Positions 31,301 through 42,276 are shown, counted from the stretch's first letter. The stretch: 64,000 nt of DNA from an uncultured Saprospiraceae bacterium (GCA_964643005.1 CAZXQI010000004.1:1690-65689), one strand, 5' to 3'. Program-made: numbers and translations. Notes: generated by a model from the sequence alone, not told the origin.

Positions 31301-32432
31301 GGTGTTTTTTGATACCATTCAGGATAAGCTGGGCACTTCCAAAACTTACGGGAATCTGGGAAACCTTTATTTCCGGCAGGGCAGGTACGAAGACGCCAGA
31401 CTTTACTTTATACAAAGTCTCCAATTGGCGCAGCGCTACGAGCACAGCTCTTCCAATGCCCAAATCGCCGCCGCACTCGGCCTAACTTATATGAATTTGG
31501 GCAAATACAACGACGGCATCCGATGGCAGCAGAGCCATCTCGAGCTTTGCAAAAAGGAAAACGACAAGCAGGGCATGGCTACCCTCTACGTCAATATCGG
31601 TATTGTCTATTTTGAAAAAGGCGACTACGACGCAGCGCTCGACTGCTATCAGAGGGGACTGACGCTGGCGGAAGAACTGGGTAACAAACAACTCATCTCC
31701 ATCGCCATCGGCAGCATCGGCAACGTCTGGCAGCGCAAAGGGAAATTTGACATCGCCATGCAGCACTTCGAGCGAGACCTCGCACTGGCCAATGAACTCG
31801 GCGACAAACAGGGCATCTCCATCGCTCTGGGACTGATAGGCGAACTGCTCAGCGTCATGGGACGCTTTGACAAGGCCATTGAATACATACAGCAAAACTT
31901 AAGACTGGGAGAAGAACTCGGCTACAGAAAGGGCGTCGCCAAGTCCCTGAACACACTGGGAGATATTTATTTTTTTAAAAATGAATTTGAAACCTCCATT
32001 GAATACTACGATCGCTCCATTGAAATGACTGAGAGTATCGGCAATAAACTCGTCCTGGGATTCAGCCTGGCGGAAAAGGCTATCGTCTTGCTGGCCATCA
32101 ATCGGGTGGAAGAAGCCAGAGAGCACCTACGGCGCGCCACCGCTTTCGCCGAAGAACTCAGGCATCCCGACCTGCTTTTTGAAACCAGACTGCTGGCGGG
32201 CAGAATTGCCATCAGGGAGTCGAACTACGAAGAGGCGCAAAAAATCTTTACGCTCCTGCTCGAATTGCATCCTGGACGAAGGGAGGAAGCCACCATCCAC
32301 GCTGAACTCAGCAAAGTTAAAGGAGAGGAAGGCCACAGGGAAAAGGCGCTTGAGATATTCCGCCAGTTATATGAGGAGACGCCCATGCATATTTATAAAT
32401 TAATAATCGAAGAACTGTCTTCCGTGAATTAA
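28368..32432 (+). CDS. tandem class-III adenylate/guanylate cyclase domains fused to a P-loop STAND (AAA_16-like) ATPase and TPR repeats
   Basis: 1354 aa. CHD1 has FVDMSGFT and FAGDSF. CHD2 has FISFDG, FGDKGAVL and AVGNRVNIAARLM. Walker A is GEPGIGKS (aa 459-466) and Walker B-like is VVLELEDGHWFDE. About 450 aa of 40-residue TPR-like repeats (LG.IY...G.Y..A..YY...L) follow. Confidence 0.9.
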   Translation: MQAPVTRKLTPVQVKNLIPHFIYDRQKAGETHGSLEAYTMFVDMSGFTRLTEVLLQQGKAGAERLSDILNAIFEPMVGLVYSQGGFIPYFAGDSFIGIFPTETCDCTATNLLATAIEQFSLLEKSSSHFSEFNIGIKTGLSFGKVEWGIVGKAPKSFYFKGSAIQGCANSQSQASQRQIIADKAFVGQLPPGISLAPCSTSGYFLIAEKEAATPFAQREPPVLPELLPEIVRQFLPQAVIEFNQKGEFRTVVSVFISFDGEGDYASLNELSTIILDHISNFSGYFKEIDFGDKGAVLVIIFGAPVSHENNVERALKFVCAIQDDMAVLQQKSSLRYKIGMAEGIAYTGIVGGKERCQYAAVGNRVNIAARLMMHAGWGEILVDEAIEKNRHFRFQHRGNISYKGLKELIPTFQLTGRSLDLHQTYEGNMVGREPEVSQLESAVLRTFNNSEASVAYVYGEPGIGKSRLTFELHNYLRKKYRLTWLSCQSDQILSKPFNPFIYFLKNYFEQSSDATYQSNLDNFEKQFSSLLNDLMDLREDEADSIRRELVRTKPVLAALTGLKTSNSLWESLDAKGRYLNILSALSSLFLAEALIDPVVLELEDGHWFDESSIEFLNELAGRIRAYPIFVLVTSRYDDQGAKPKVFSKEILEKAGISSFEIDLNILDSEAIKRMVQEHLQGEAHPDLLELLMRTTNGNPFYAEQMLEYFQESNLLKWTDEGWSVKDRNIGLSNSIQAVLTARIDRLSNLVKETVKAAAVIGREFELPVLSEVMRKDERFAPENGSLQTALKEQVRTAERAQIWQAMNELRYIFRHSLLRETVYDMQLKTRLRELHQLIAEAIENLYAGNLEQRYVDLVFHYEQAGVESKWQEYLEKAADHSRSHYQNQQALHFYNKLIDILERKGDLFGQAETLLKKAGVLELIGRWEECEAVNRQALELTQQTNDNSLLGWATGNLGHLLMLQGKYEEAEKRLETSAVFFDTIQDKLGTSKTYGNLGNLYFRQGRYEDARLYFIQSLQLAQRYEHSSSNAQIAAALGLTYMNLGKYNDGIRWQQSHLELCKKENDKQGMATLYVNIGIVYFEKGDYDAALDCYQRGLTLAEELGNKQLISIAIGSIGNVWQRKGKFDIAMQHFERDLALANELGDKQGISIALGLIGELLSVMGRFDKAIEYIQQNLRLGEELGYRKGVAKSLNTLGDIYFFKNEFETSIEYYDRSIEMTESIGNKLVLGFSLAEKAIVLLAINRVEEAREHLRRATAFAEELRHPDLLFETRLLAGRIAIRESNYEEAQKIFTLLLELHPGRREEATIHAELSKVKGEEGHREKALEIFRQLYEETPMHIYKLIIEELSSVN

Positions 32433-32468
32433 TGGAGAGCCGCAAGGTGAAATGCACCCCCCTTCGCT

Positions 32469-35444
<2,976 letters not shown>

Positions 35445-35688
35445 GATGGAGCAAAAATTTGATGAGCCTATCATTTTTCTAAAAATTCTTTTCCCTGACT
35501 GTGAGAAAAATTCAACGAATCTTTTCAAATCTTTGTGTAAGTACTTCATTATTGGGTAAAAGTCGAAACTTAGTCTGGAAGCGCCTAAATTTGACTTTTT
35601 AGAATTAAAATCCTCCCCGGAGTATTTGGCTCCTGAGACCGCGGAGAACCGATTAGGCGCTCATTTTTTTCAAACATAAAAATAGCTG

Positions 35689-36516
35689 ATGAAAACCGCT
35701 GCGCGCAAGTTGTTTTATTCCATACCTCCTGCATGGCGCTTTGCCCTGAGGAGGTTCTACTACCTGCCCCTAGATACCTGGGAGGTACTGACCGGGCAGC
35801 GGGACAATCTGACGCCGCCGAAAGGTCTCATCTACACGGGCAGCGGCGATTTCAAAAAGCAGGGCGAACAGACGCTGCAATATTTTATTGAGTTTTGCGG
35901 CCTGGCGCCACGGCATCGAGTGCTGGACGTCGGCAGTGGGATTGGCAGAATTGCCGCCCCCCTTAGCCGCTATTTGGATGAAGAGGGGAGTTACGACGGC
36001 TTTGATGTAGTGGAAAAAGGCGTGGACTGGTGCCGTAAACGCATCGCCTCTCGCCACCCGAATTTTAAATTTCAATACATTCCTCTCGACAATGACCTCT
36101 ACCGGAAAGAGGGAGAAAACGCAGCCGGTTTTCGGTTTCCCTACGACAGCAATCGCTTCGACCTCGTCGTCGTCAATTCTGTTTTTACGCACTTAGTCCT
36201 GGACGAGGTGGACAATTATCTGGGGGAAATTAGCAGGGTGCTGAAACCGGGCGGCCGTTGTTACGCCACTTTTTTTCTTTTTGATGAAAAAACAAAATGG
36301 CCCGAAGGCTTCGACTTTCCCTTCGACTACGGCAGGTGCCGCCTGATGGACGACGAAGTCAAAAGCGCGAACGTGGCCTTTGAAGAAAAATACCTGCTAC
36401 AGGAGCTGGCTGTAAAAAAGCGCTTATCCGTCCGCCATCTTTTTTACGGCTTCTGGCGGGGATTACCGAAAGAGACCTGCAAAGAGTTTCAGGACATTGT
36501 TATTTTTGAAAAATAA
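35689..36516 (+). CDS. class I SAM-dependent methyltransferase
   Basis: 275 aa. Motif I VLDVGSGIGR, post-I DGFD, and VLKPGGR. Confidence 0.8.
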   Translation: MKTAARKLFYSIPPAWRFALRRFYYLPLDTWEVLTGQRDNLTPPKGLIYTGSGDFKKQGEQTLQYFIEFCGLAPRHRVLDVGSGIGRIAAPLSRYLDEEGSYDGFDVVEKGVDWCRKRIASRHPNFKFQYIPLDNDLYRKEGENAAGFRFPYDSNRFDLVVVNSVFTHLVLDEVDNYLGEISRVLKPGGRCYATFFLFDEKTKWPEGFDFPFDYGRCRLMDDEVKSANVAFEEKYLLQELAVKKRLSVRHLFYGFWRGLPKETCKEFQDIVIFEK

Positions 36517-36599
36517 AAAAAGAAAGGGAACTTATCGCAAAGGGGAATTTCTCCGCAGTAGAATTTCCCAAAGAGAATTTTCAATCAAAAAATACCGCT

Positions 36600-37193
36600 T
36601 TGATCCTCATACAAGACATACTCGTCAGCGACGAATTGCTGACGGAATTTTTTCGCTGCGACCTCAATGCCTGCAAAGGCGCCTGCTGTTGGGAGGGCGA
36701 TATGGGCGCTCCCTTAGAGGAGTCGGAAATGGACATGCTCAGTGCGATTTACGAAAAGTTGAAACCCTTTCTGACAAAGGAAGGCATCGAAGCCATTGAA
36801 GAAAAAGGACTTTGGACTTATTTTGAAGGAATGAATGATTATGGAACCACCCTCTTAGATAATGGCGCCTGCGCTTTTCTGACTTTTGATAAAAATGGCA
36901 TCGGCAAATGCGGCATAGAGAAAGCCTGGGAAGCGGGGGCGGTGGATTTCAAAAAGCCCATTTCCTGCCACCTGTATCCGGCGAGGGTGAGCAGGAACGA
37001 AACTACGGGCTTTGAGGCGCTCAACTACGACCGCTGGGATATTTGCTTCGCCGCTACCCTCGCGGGAAAAAGAGAAAAACTGCCCATTTTCCGCTTTGTA
37101 AAAGATGCAATCGTCAGAAAATACGGCGAAGAATTTTACGAAGAAATGGAGGCTGCCGCCGCTCACTTAGAATCCAGATCAGACGATAAATAG
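36600..37193 (+). CDS. DUF3109 family Cys-rich protein
   Basis: 197 aa with a TTG start. FRCDLNACKGACCWEGD and later Cys residues match DUF3109 as I recall it. Confidence 0.7.
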   Translation: MILIQDILVSDELLTEFFRCDLNACKGACCWEGDMGAPLEESEMDMLSAIYEKLKPFLTKEGIEAIEEKGLWTYFEGMNDYGTTLLDNGACAFLTFDKNGIGKCGIEKAWEAGAVDFKKPISCHLYPARVSRNETTGFEALNYDRWDICFAATLAGKREKLPIFRFVKDAIVRKYGEEFYEEMEAAAAHLESRSDDK

Positions 37194-37225
37194 CAAAAAT
37201 AAAAGAACTCCCATCAGGGTGATTT

Positions 37226-40200
37226 TCAGGCGGTTGCTGCGTGGGCTGCGCTGTCTATCGTCTCCAAAACCTTCTTAGCGGCGCGCAGATTCTTCACGCC
37301 GTCTTTTATCAATATCAGACTTCTGGGAGATTTTTTCAGGTGCAAACCGTGGCGCTCGCCCTGCGTTGCGAGGAACTGGAAAGTCTGCTGGAAAGCGGGA
37401 CTGTCGTAAAACGGCGACTGGGGATTTTCCACAAAATAGCACCGCAGTTTTCCATTCTTCAGGATGATGCGTTCGAAGCCCAATTCTTTGGCCGCCCAGC
37501 GCAGGCGCAGGCCCTCGAACAGCTCGTGAACGGGGGTGGGAACGGGGCCAAACCTGTCCCGGAGTTCCTCCTCAAAGGCTGCCAGTTCTGCCTCTGATTC
37601 GATATGGTCAATGAAAGTGTAGAGACTCAGGCGCTCTGAAATGCTGCTCACGTAGTCGTCCGGAATGTGCATTTCCACGTCGGTGTCAATGGTGATATCC
37701 CGAACGAATATTTTTTTCTTTTCAAATTCTTCCTGGAAGACGTCTTTGAAGTCCGTCTCCTTTAGTTCCTGCACAGCGTCTTCCAAAATGCGCTGGAAAG
37801 TCTCGTAGCCAATGTCGGCGATGAATCCACTCTGCTCGGCGCCCAACAGGTTGCCCGCTCCCCGTATGTCTAAATCTCGCATGGCGATTTCAAACCCGCT
37901 TCCGAGGTCGCTGTGTTCTTCGATGGTTTTTAGTCGCTTGCGGGCGTCGGTGGTCAGCACAGACATGGGAGGGGCGAACATGTAACTGTACGCCTTTTTG
38001 TTAGAGCGCCCGATGCGACCCCTCAACTGGTGCAAATCGCTCAGACCAAACTGGTGCGCGTCGTTGATGATCATGGTATTGGCGTTCGGAATGTCGAGAC
38101 CTGTTTCGATGATATTGGTACACACGAGTACATCGTGTTTTTTATCAATAAAATCCACCAAGGTATTTTCTAATTTTTCGGCGTCCATTTGTCCGTGTAC
38201 CATAGCCACATCCACGTCCGGGCAAAGGCGCTGGATGAGGTTGGCGATGTCCGGCAGGGTCTTCACCCGATTGTGAACGAAAAATACCTGCCCGCCCCGA
38301 TGCACCTCGTTGTAGATAGCTTCCCTGATAATCTCTTCATTTATCACCCGTATTTCTGTGTGAATTGGCTGACGGTTGGGCGGAGGCGTCCGTATAATGG
38401 ACAAGTCCCGGGCGGCCATCAGGGAAAATTGCAGCGTGCGGGGGATGGGCGTTGCGGTCAGTGTCAGCGTGTCCACGTTGACTTTCAGCCTCCGCAGTTT
38501 TTCTTTGGCGGCCACGCCGAATTTCTGCTCCTCGTCAATGACGAGCAGACCCAGGTCTTTGAATTTTAATTCTTTGTTCAAAAGGGCGTGGGTGCCAATC
38601 AGGATATCTACTTTACCTTCCTTTGTTCTTTCAAAAATTTCCCGCTTCTGCGCAGCCGTTCTGAAGCGATTGACATACTCAATATGTAAGTCAAAATTGG
38701 CTAAGCGCTCCGTGAAGGTTTTGAAATGCTGCAAAGCCAGGATGGTGGTCGGCACGAGGATCGCTACCTGTTTGCCGTCCGTCACCGCCTTGAACGCCGC
38801 CCGAATGGCCACTTCCGTTTTTCCAAAGCCTACGTCGCCGCAGATGAGGCGATCCATGGGGTAGGGCTTCATCATGTCTTCCTTTACATCTATCGTCGCC
38901 TGTTCCTGATCAGGGGTATCCTCGTAGATGAACGAGGCTTCTAACTCTGCCTGGAGGTAGTTGTCGGGCGGGAAGGCATGGCCGGGAGTGGCCTTGCGCA
39001 GCGCATAGAGCTTGATGAGTTCTTTAGCGATGTCTTTGACCTTCTTTTTCGCTCGGTTTTTGAGGGTCAGCCAGGCGTCGGAGCCGAGTTTGTTCAATGC
39101 CGGCGGCGTCCCGTCCCTGCCGGTATATTTGGAAAGCTTGTGCAGCGAGTTGATGCTGACGTACAGGACGTCGTTGTTTTTGTAAAAGATGCGCACCGAT
39201 TCCTGCGTTTGACCATTGACCGTGATCTTCTCCAAACCGGAATACCGACCGACGCCGTGGTCAATATGCACCACAAAGTCGCCGGACTGCAACTCCCGCA
39301 AAAGTTTGAGATTGATGGCTTTGTCTGCCGTGAATCCCTGTCGAAGCGAATAGCGATGATGGCGCTGAAATATCTGGTGGTCGGTGTAGCAGGCGATTTT
39401 TAAATCCAGATCCACGAAACCTTCGTGGATGGCTTTCATCACGGGTTCAAACTTCACCCGCATTTCCATGTCTTCAAAAATGGCGTAAAAGCGCTCGATT
39501 TGTCGCGGCAGCTCGGTGAAGATGAAATTCTCGATCCCCTGGGCGGCGTTGGCTTTGAGGGCCTCGCCCAATAAAGAGAAATTCTTGTTGAAACTGGGTT
39601 GAGATTTTGCGTTAAAAACGATAGATGGCAAGCCGTTCAGCGCAATGGGTTTGAAGTCCACCTGAGCGAAATTCCGCAGGTCTTCCTCCACTTCTGCGGG
39701 GCGAATGAACGCCCTGCTCCGAAAAATCTCCCCCAATTCGCTTTCATCCAACAGCGGCAGGCTCTTCGCAAATTCTTCTGCCTTTTCAAAACAGGTCTGC
39801 AGCTTGTCGCGCAGCAATTGTGCATCCTTCAGCCAGACCACCGTTTCGGGTCGAAGTACGGCAAGCAGGGAGACCTTTTGATCGCTGCTGAATTTCGTAT
39901 TGATATTCGGTACGATGGACACCTTGCCGATGGGTTGCACGGACAACTGCGTCATCGGATCGAAAGTGCGAATGCCCTCCACTTCCTCGTCGAAAAGCTC
40001 GATGCGATAGGGATAGTCGTTCCCATAAGAGAAGATATCTACGATAGCTCCCCGTATGCTGAACTGTCCGGGTTCATAGACAAATTCTTCCCGACTGAAC
40101 CCGTATTCCACTAACATTTCAATGATGAAATCGAGGTCTAATGTCTCGCCCTTCACGATTTCGATGCGGGTTTCTTCGAGCGCAGAGGGCGCCACCACTT

Positions 40201-40615
40201 TTTCAAACAGCGCCTCCGGATAGGTGACGATGATCTCCGGCGAACTGCCGCCGGAAATGATTTTGTTGATGATCTCCGTCCGTTCCAGTACGTTGGCGCT
40301 GGTCAGTTCCTGAAAATACATGGGGCGCTTAAAGGAGTCGGGGAAAAAGCGGACGGGCTTTTTGTCGAGCAGGTTGGAGAGGGTGTTTTGGAGGTAAGCA
40401 GCTTCTTCTTTGTCGTTGGCGATCCAGAGATTCGGACGGGGATCGGCCAGATAAGTTCCCGCCAGGACAAAGGCTTCCTGTGCGCCGGCCATTCCGCTAA
40501 GTTGTATGCGTGCTGTCGGCGTTGGTTCCGAACGTAGCGCCCGAATGATTTGCTGCGTTCGCCGGTCGTCCCGGTACAGGGCAAGGATGCGATCCAGATT
40601 ACTCACGGGCGGCAA
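37226..40615 (-). CDS. mfd: transcription-repair coupling factor
   Basis: 1129 aa. CarD-like region (GDFVVHIDHGVGRY), superfamily-2 helicase motifs GDVGFGKTEVA, DEEQKFG and QLRGRIGRS, and a TRCF C-domain. Apparent TTG start. Confidence 0.95.
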   Translation of the reverse strand: MPPVSNLDRILALYRDDRRTQQIIRALRSEPTPTARIQLSGMAGAQEAFVLAGTYLADPRPNLWIANDKEEAAYLQNTLSNLLDKKPVRFFPDSFKRPMYFQELTSANVLERTEIINKIISGGSSPEIIVTYPEALFEKVVAPSALEETRIEIVKGETLDLDFIIEMLVEYGFSREEFVYEPGQFSIRGAIVDIFSYGNDYPYRIELFDEEVEGIRTFDPMTQLSVQPIGKVSIVPNINTKFSSDQKVSLLAVLRPETVVWLKDAQLLRDKLQTCFEKAEEFAKSLPLLDESELGEIFRSRAFIRPAEVEEDLRNFAQVDFKPIALNGLPSIVFNAKSQPSFNKNFSLLGEALKANAAQGIENFIFTELPRQIERFYAIFEDMEMRVKFEPVMKAIHEGFVDLDLKIACYTDHQIFQRHHRYSLRQGFTADKAINLKLLRELQSGDFVVHIDHGVGRYSGLEKITVNGQTQESVRIFYKNNDVLYVSINSLHKLSKYTGRDGTPPALNKLGSDAWLTLKNRAKKKVKDIAKELIKLYALRKATPGHAFPPDNYLQAELEASFIYEDTPDQEQATIDVKEDMMKPYPMDRLICGDVGFGKTEVAIRAAFKAVTDGKQVAILVPTTILALQHFKTFTERLANFDLHIEYVNRFRTAAQKREIFERTKEGKVDILIGTHALLNKELKFKDLGLLVIDEEQKFGVAAKEKLRRLKVNVDTLTLTATPIPRTLQFSLMAARDLSIIRTPPPNRQPIHTEIRVINEEIIREAIYNEVHRGGQVFFVHNRVKTLPDIANLIQRLCPDVDVAMVHGQMDAEKLENTLVDFIDKKHDVLVCTNIIETGLDIPNANTMIINDAHQFGLSDLHQLRGRIGRSNKKAYSYMFAPPMSVLTTDARKRLKTIEEHSDLGSGFEIAMRDLDIRGAGNLLGAEQSGFIADIGYETFQRILEDAVQELKETDFKDVFQEEFEKKKIFVRDITIDTDVEMHIPDDYVSSISERLSLYTFIDHIESEAELAAFEEELRDRFGPVPTPVHELFEGLRLRWAAKELGFERIILKNGKLRCYFVENPQSPFYDSPAFQQTFQFLATQGERHGLHLKKSPRSLILIKDGVKNLRAAKKVLETIDSAAHAATA

Positions 40616-40837
40616 AATTACTGGGAGTTTTTTTATTTGGCAGGATTACTTTGCTTCTTAGCTTGGGAAACAGTCCTCCTCGTTTTTAACTGCAATCTAT
40701 TTCAGCCCTATAAACGCCTGAGGTGTCGGCAGGGTTAAGCGAAAAATGCAGAAAGCCGTTTTTTTTTTATAAAGTATAGGAATAAATCCTGGAAGCGGGG
40801 AAAGTAAACGGGGTAGGAGGGAGCTTGAAGAAGGGGC

Positions 40838-40868
40838 AAAAAAAACCCTGCCAACACAATTGACAGGG
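40838..40868 (-). terminator. orphan minus-strand terminator-like hairpin (unit 1)
   Basis: On the minus strand, ccctg-tcaattgtgttgg-caggg followed by T8. The 5-bp stem is weak. Confidence 0.4.
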
Positions 40869-40929
40869 ACAAAACAAAAAACAAACACTATGAACAAACA
40901 CTATTCTTTAGTCAAAATTGAGGAGGGTG

Positions 40930-40956
40930 AAAAAAGTCCCCCGTCTTGTGCGGGGG
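40930..40956 (-). terminator. orphan minus-strand terminator-like hairpin (unit 2)
   Basis: On the minus strand, cccccg-cacaaga-cggggg, then ac and T6. Confidence 0.5.
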
Positions 40957-41306
40957 CTACATAAAAAACAAAAACTATGAACAAACACTCACCCTATATC
41001 TTTGCCAGTTAATTAAGCCCGTTTTGCATGTACGGGCAAAATCTTTCCTGGTTTCAATGTCAAATTAAGTATTGGGGAAATTAACCGAACAAATTAAAAA
41101 TATTTAATTCAAACTGTGATTAATTTATCGTTTTTCAGATTTGTCCAAGAAGTATGCCAAAACCATAGTTATTTTTGGTAATAATTCCATTCAAACACAG
41201 ATAATTATCTTTACCTTGAGTACCCATTTGTGAGATTGCCATGTTGTAAGCCCTTGTTAATCAGGGCGCTTGTTTTTTAAATCAATTACTTTTTAAATTA
41301 ATTATT

Positions 41307-41332
41307 AAAAAAGGGCGATGGGGCTATCGCCC
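41307..41332 (-). terminator. orphan minus-strand intrinsic terminator
   Basis: On the minus strand, gggcgat-agcccc-atcgccc (7-bp GC-rich stem) followed by T6. No annotated minus-strand gene lies upstream of it. Confidence 0.6.
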
Positions 41333-41618
41333 AAAAGCAGGTTTCCAACCTGCATTAAAACAGGCAAAGCCCCATCTGTTTTTAGTTGACAAAATCAGAT
41401 TTTTAGCATCGTTTTTCAAGATGAAAGAGAATGACAACAAACAGGCGATTGGCGACCCTTCCCGAAGGGCTGTTTCGCTCTTTAACAGGAACCTCGTCGT
41501 CGTTCGTATCTCCAGGCTAAATTTGGGAAAGACGACGGGGAGCGGCCTGCGTCGCGTCACCCGGATGCCGCGGATGCTCTTGTGGGCATTTTGGTTAGAA
41601 GGTGCGGAGACAAAAAAG

Positions 41619-41930
41619 ATGCTGCAAACTTTCGTGCGCAAAGGCAAGAGTCAGGTGTTGGTGTCCACCGCTTCCGATACGCCAACAGACGAAGAACTTA
41701 AGGAGGCCATGGCGCAGCTCAAAGAGTTGCCCAAATTCCTTCCCTTTTTTGTTTTTATCACTGTTCCCATTCCCGGCATGACGGAGGGTTACGTCTTGTT
41801 GGCCTTTACGCTTGAAAAGTGGTTAGGGCGGCGATTTAGCCTGTTGCCGGATCAGTTTCAAAAGGTTTTTCAAAAGAAAGAACAGGTTGAAACGGAGGAG
41901 GGAGGGCACGATAATACAGAGTCAGAATAG
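41619..41930 (+). CDS. small membrane protein (LETM1-like motif?), start uncertain
   Basis: The track ORF begins at 41421, but its first 66 codons are Arg-rich and hairpin-rich. The ATG at 41619 gives a 103-aa protein with KELPKFLPFFVFITVPIPG...LLP, reminiscent of LETM1-like proteins. Weak recollection. Confidence 0.45.
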   Translation: MLQTFVRKGKSQVLVSTASDTPTDEELKEAMAQLKELPKFLPFFVFITVPIPGMTEGYVLLAFTLEKWLGRRFSLLPDQFQKVFQKKEQVETEEGGHDNTESE

Positions 41931-41994
41931 CGCCTTTCTTTTATTAATTTTGCGCCTCAGTCTTCATCCATTTTCTTCATCAAAAAAATTCATT

Positions 41995-42276
41995 ATGAAA
42001 AAATTACTGTTTTTGAGCCTGATCTCGCTGTCTTTGGCTTTCATGTCCTGTGGAGAACAAGGCCAACAACCTGCTGAACAACCACAGGAGCAGACCGACC
42101 TGCAAACTGAATCTAATGAGTCAATGCCGGAAGAGCAGGGGAAAGAATACACCTCTGCTTACATCTGCCCGATGCACTGCGAAGGCAGCGGTAGCGACGA
42201 GCCTGGTACCTGTCCGGTTTGCGGTATGGACTATGTCGCGCAGGCCGATGCCGCAGACGATGGTCACATGCACTAA
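41995..42276 (+). CDS. lipoprotein with heavy-metal-binding domain (YxCPMH...CPxCGM)
   Basis: The internal ATG gives MKKLLFLSLISLSLAFMSCGE (lipobox). YICPMHCEGSGSDEPGTCPVCGMDYV matches the HMBD found on CusB and copper-ATPase N-termini. Confidence 0.75.
   Translation: MKKLLFLSLISLSLAFMSCGEQGQQPAEQPQEQTDLQTESNESMPEEQGKEYTSAYICPMHCEGSGSDEPGTCPVCGMDYVAQADAADDGHMH

Larger units (their letters stand above)
40815..40989. repeat. two diverged tandem units (AGGAGGG box + hairpin + 27-nt conserved box)
   Basis: 27-mer aaaaaacaaaCactatgaacaaacact at 40876-40902 and aaaaaacaaaAactatgaacaaacact at 40963-40989 (26/27 identical). AGGAGGG at 40815-40821 and 40921-40927. Hairpins at 40846-40868 and 40938-40956. 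Confidence 0.7.

Noticed and set aside
27260-32432. Cyclase gene preceded by a membrane protein; considered as a Pycsar/CBASS-like cyclic-nucleotide defence pair
   Set aside because: The membrane protein has no cyclic-nucleotide-binding, TIR, patatin or other effector domain and is separated by 124 nt. The cyclase is a 1,354-aa STAND/TPR signalling protein, not a minimal defence cyclase. No other defence genes are nearby.
40890-41012. Mini-ORFs MNKHYSL* and MNKHSPYIFAS* considered as RiPP or bacteriocin precursors
   Set aside because: No maturation enzyme, transporter or immunity genes are nearby, and the peptides are only 7 and 11 residues. They are kept only as a descriptive note within the tandem-unit finding.
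41040-41310. Very AT-rich stretch with AT palindromes; considered as a replication origin or DNA-unwinding element
   Set aside because: No cluster of DnaA boxes was found. The best match, ttaatcaca, has 2 mismatches to TTATCCACA and occurs once. No dnaA, dnaN or gid genes are nearby. It is more likely promoter or UP-element DNA for the divergent flanks.
41324-41647. 107-aa minus-strand ORF ending inside the 41313-41332 hairpin
   Set aside because: The translation (…RGIRVTRRRPLPVVFPKFSLEIRTTTRF…) is Arg-rich with no motif or hydrophobic-core pattern. It is more likely non-coding (see the findings on this region). A real small protein is not strictly excluded.
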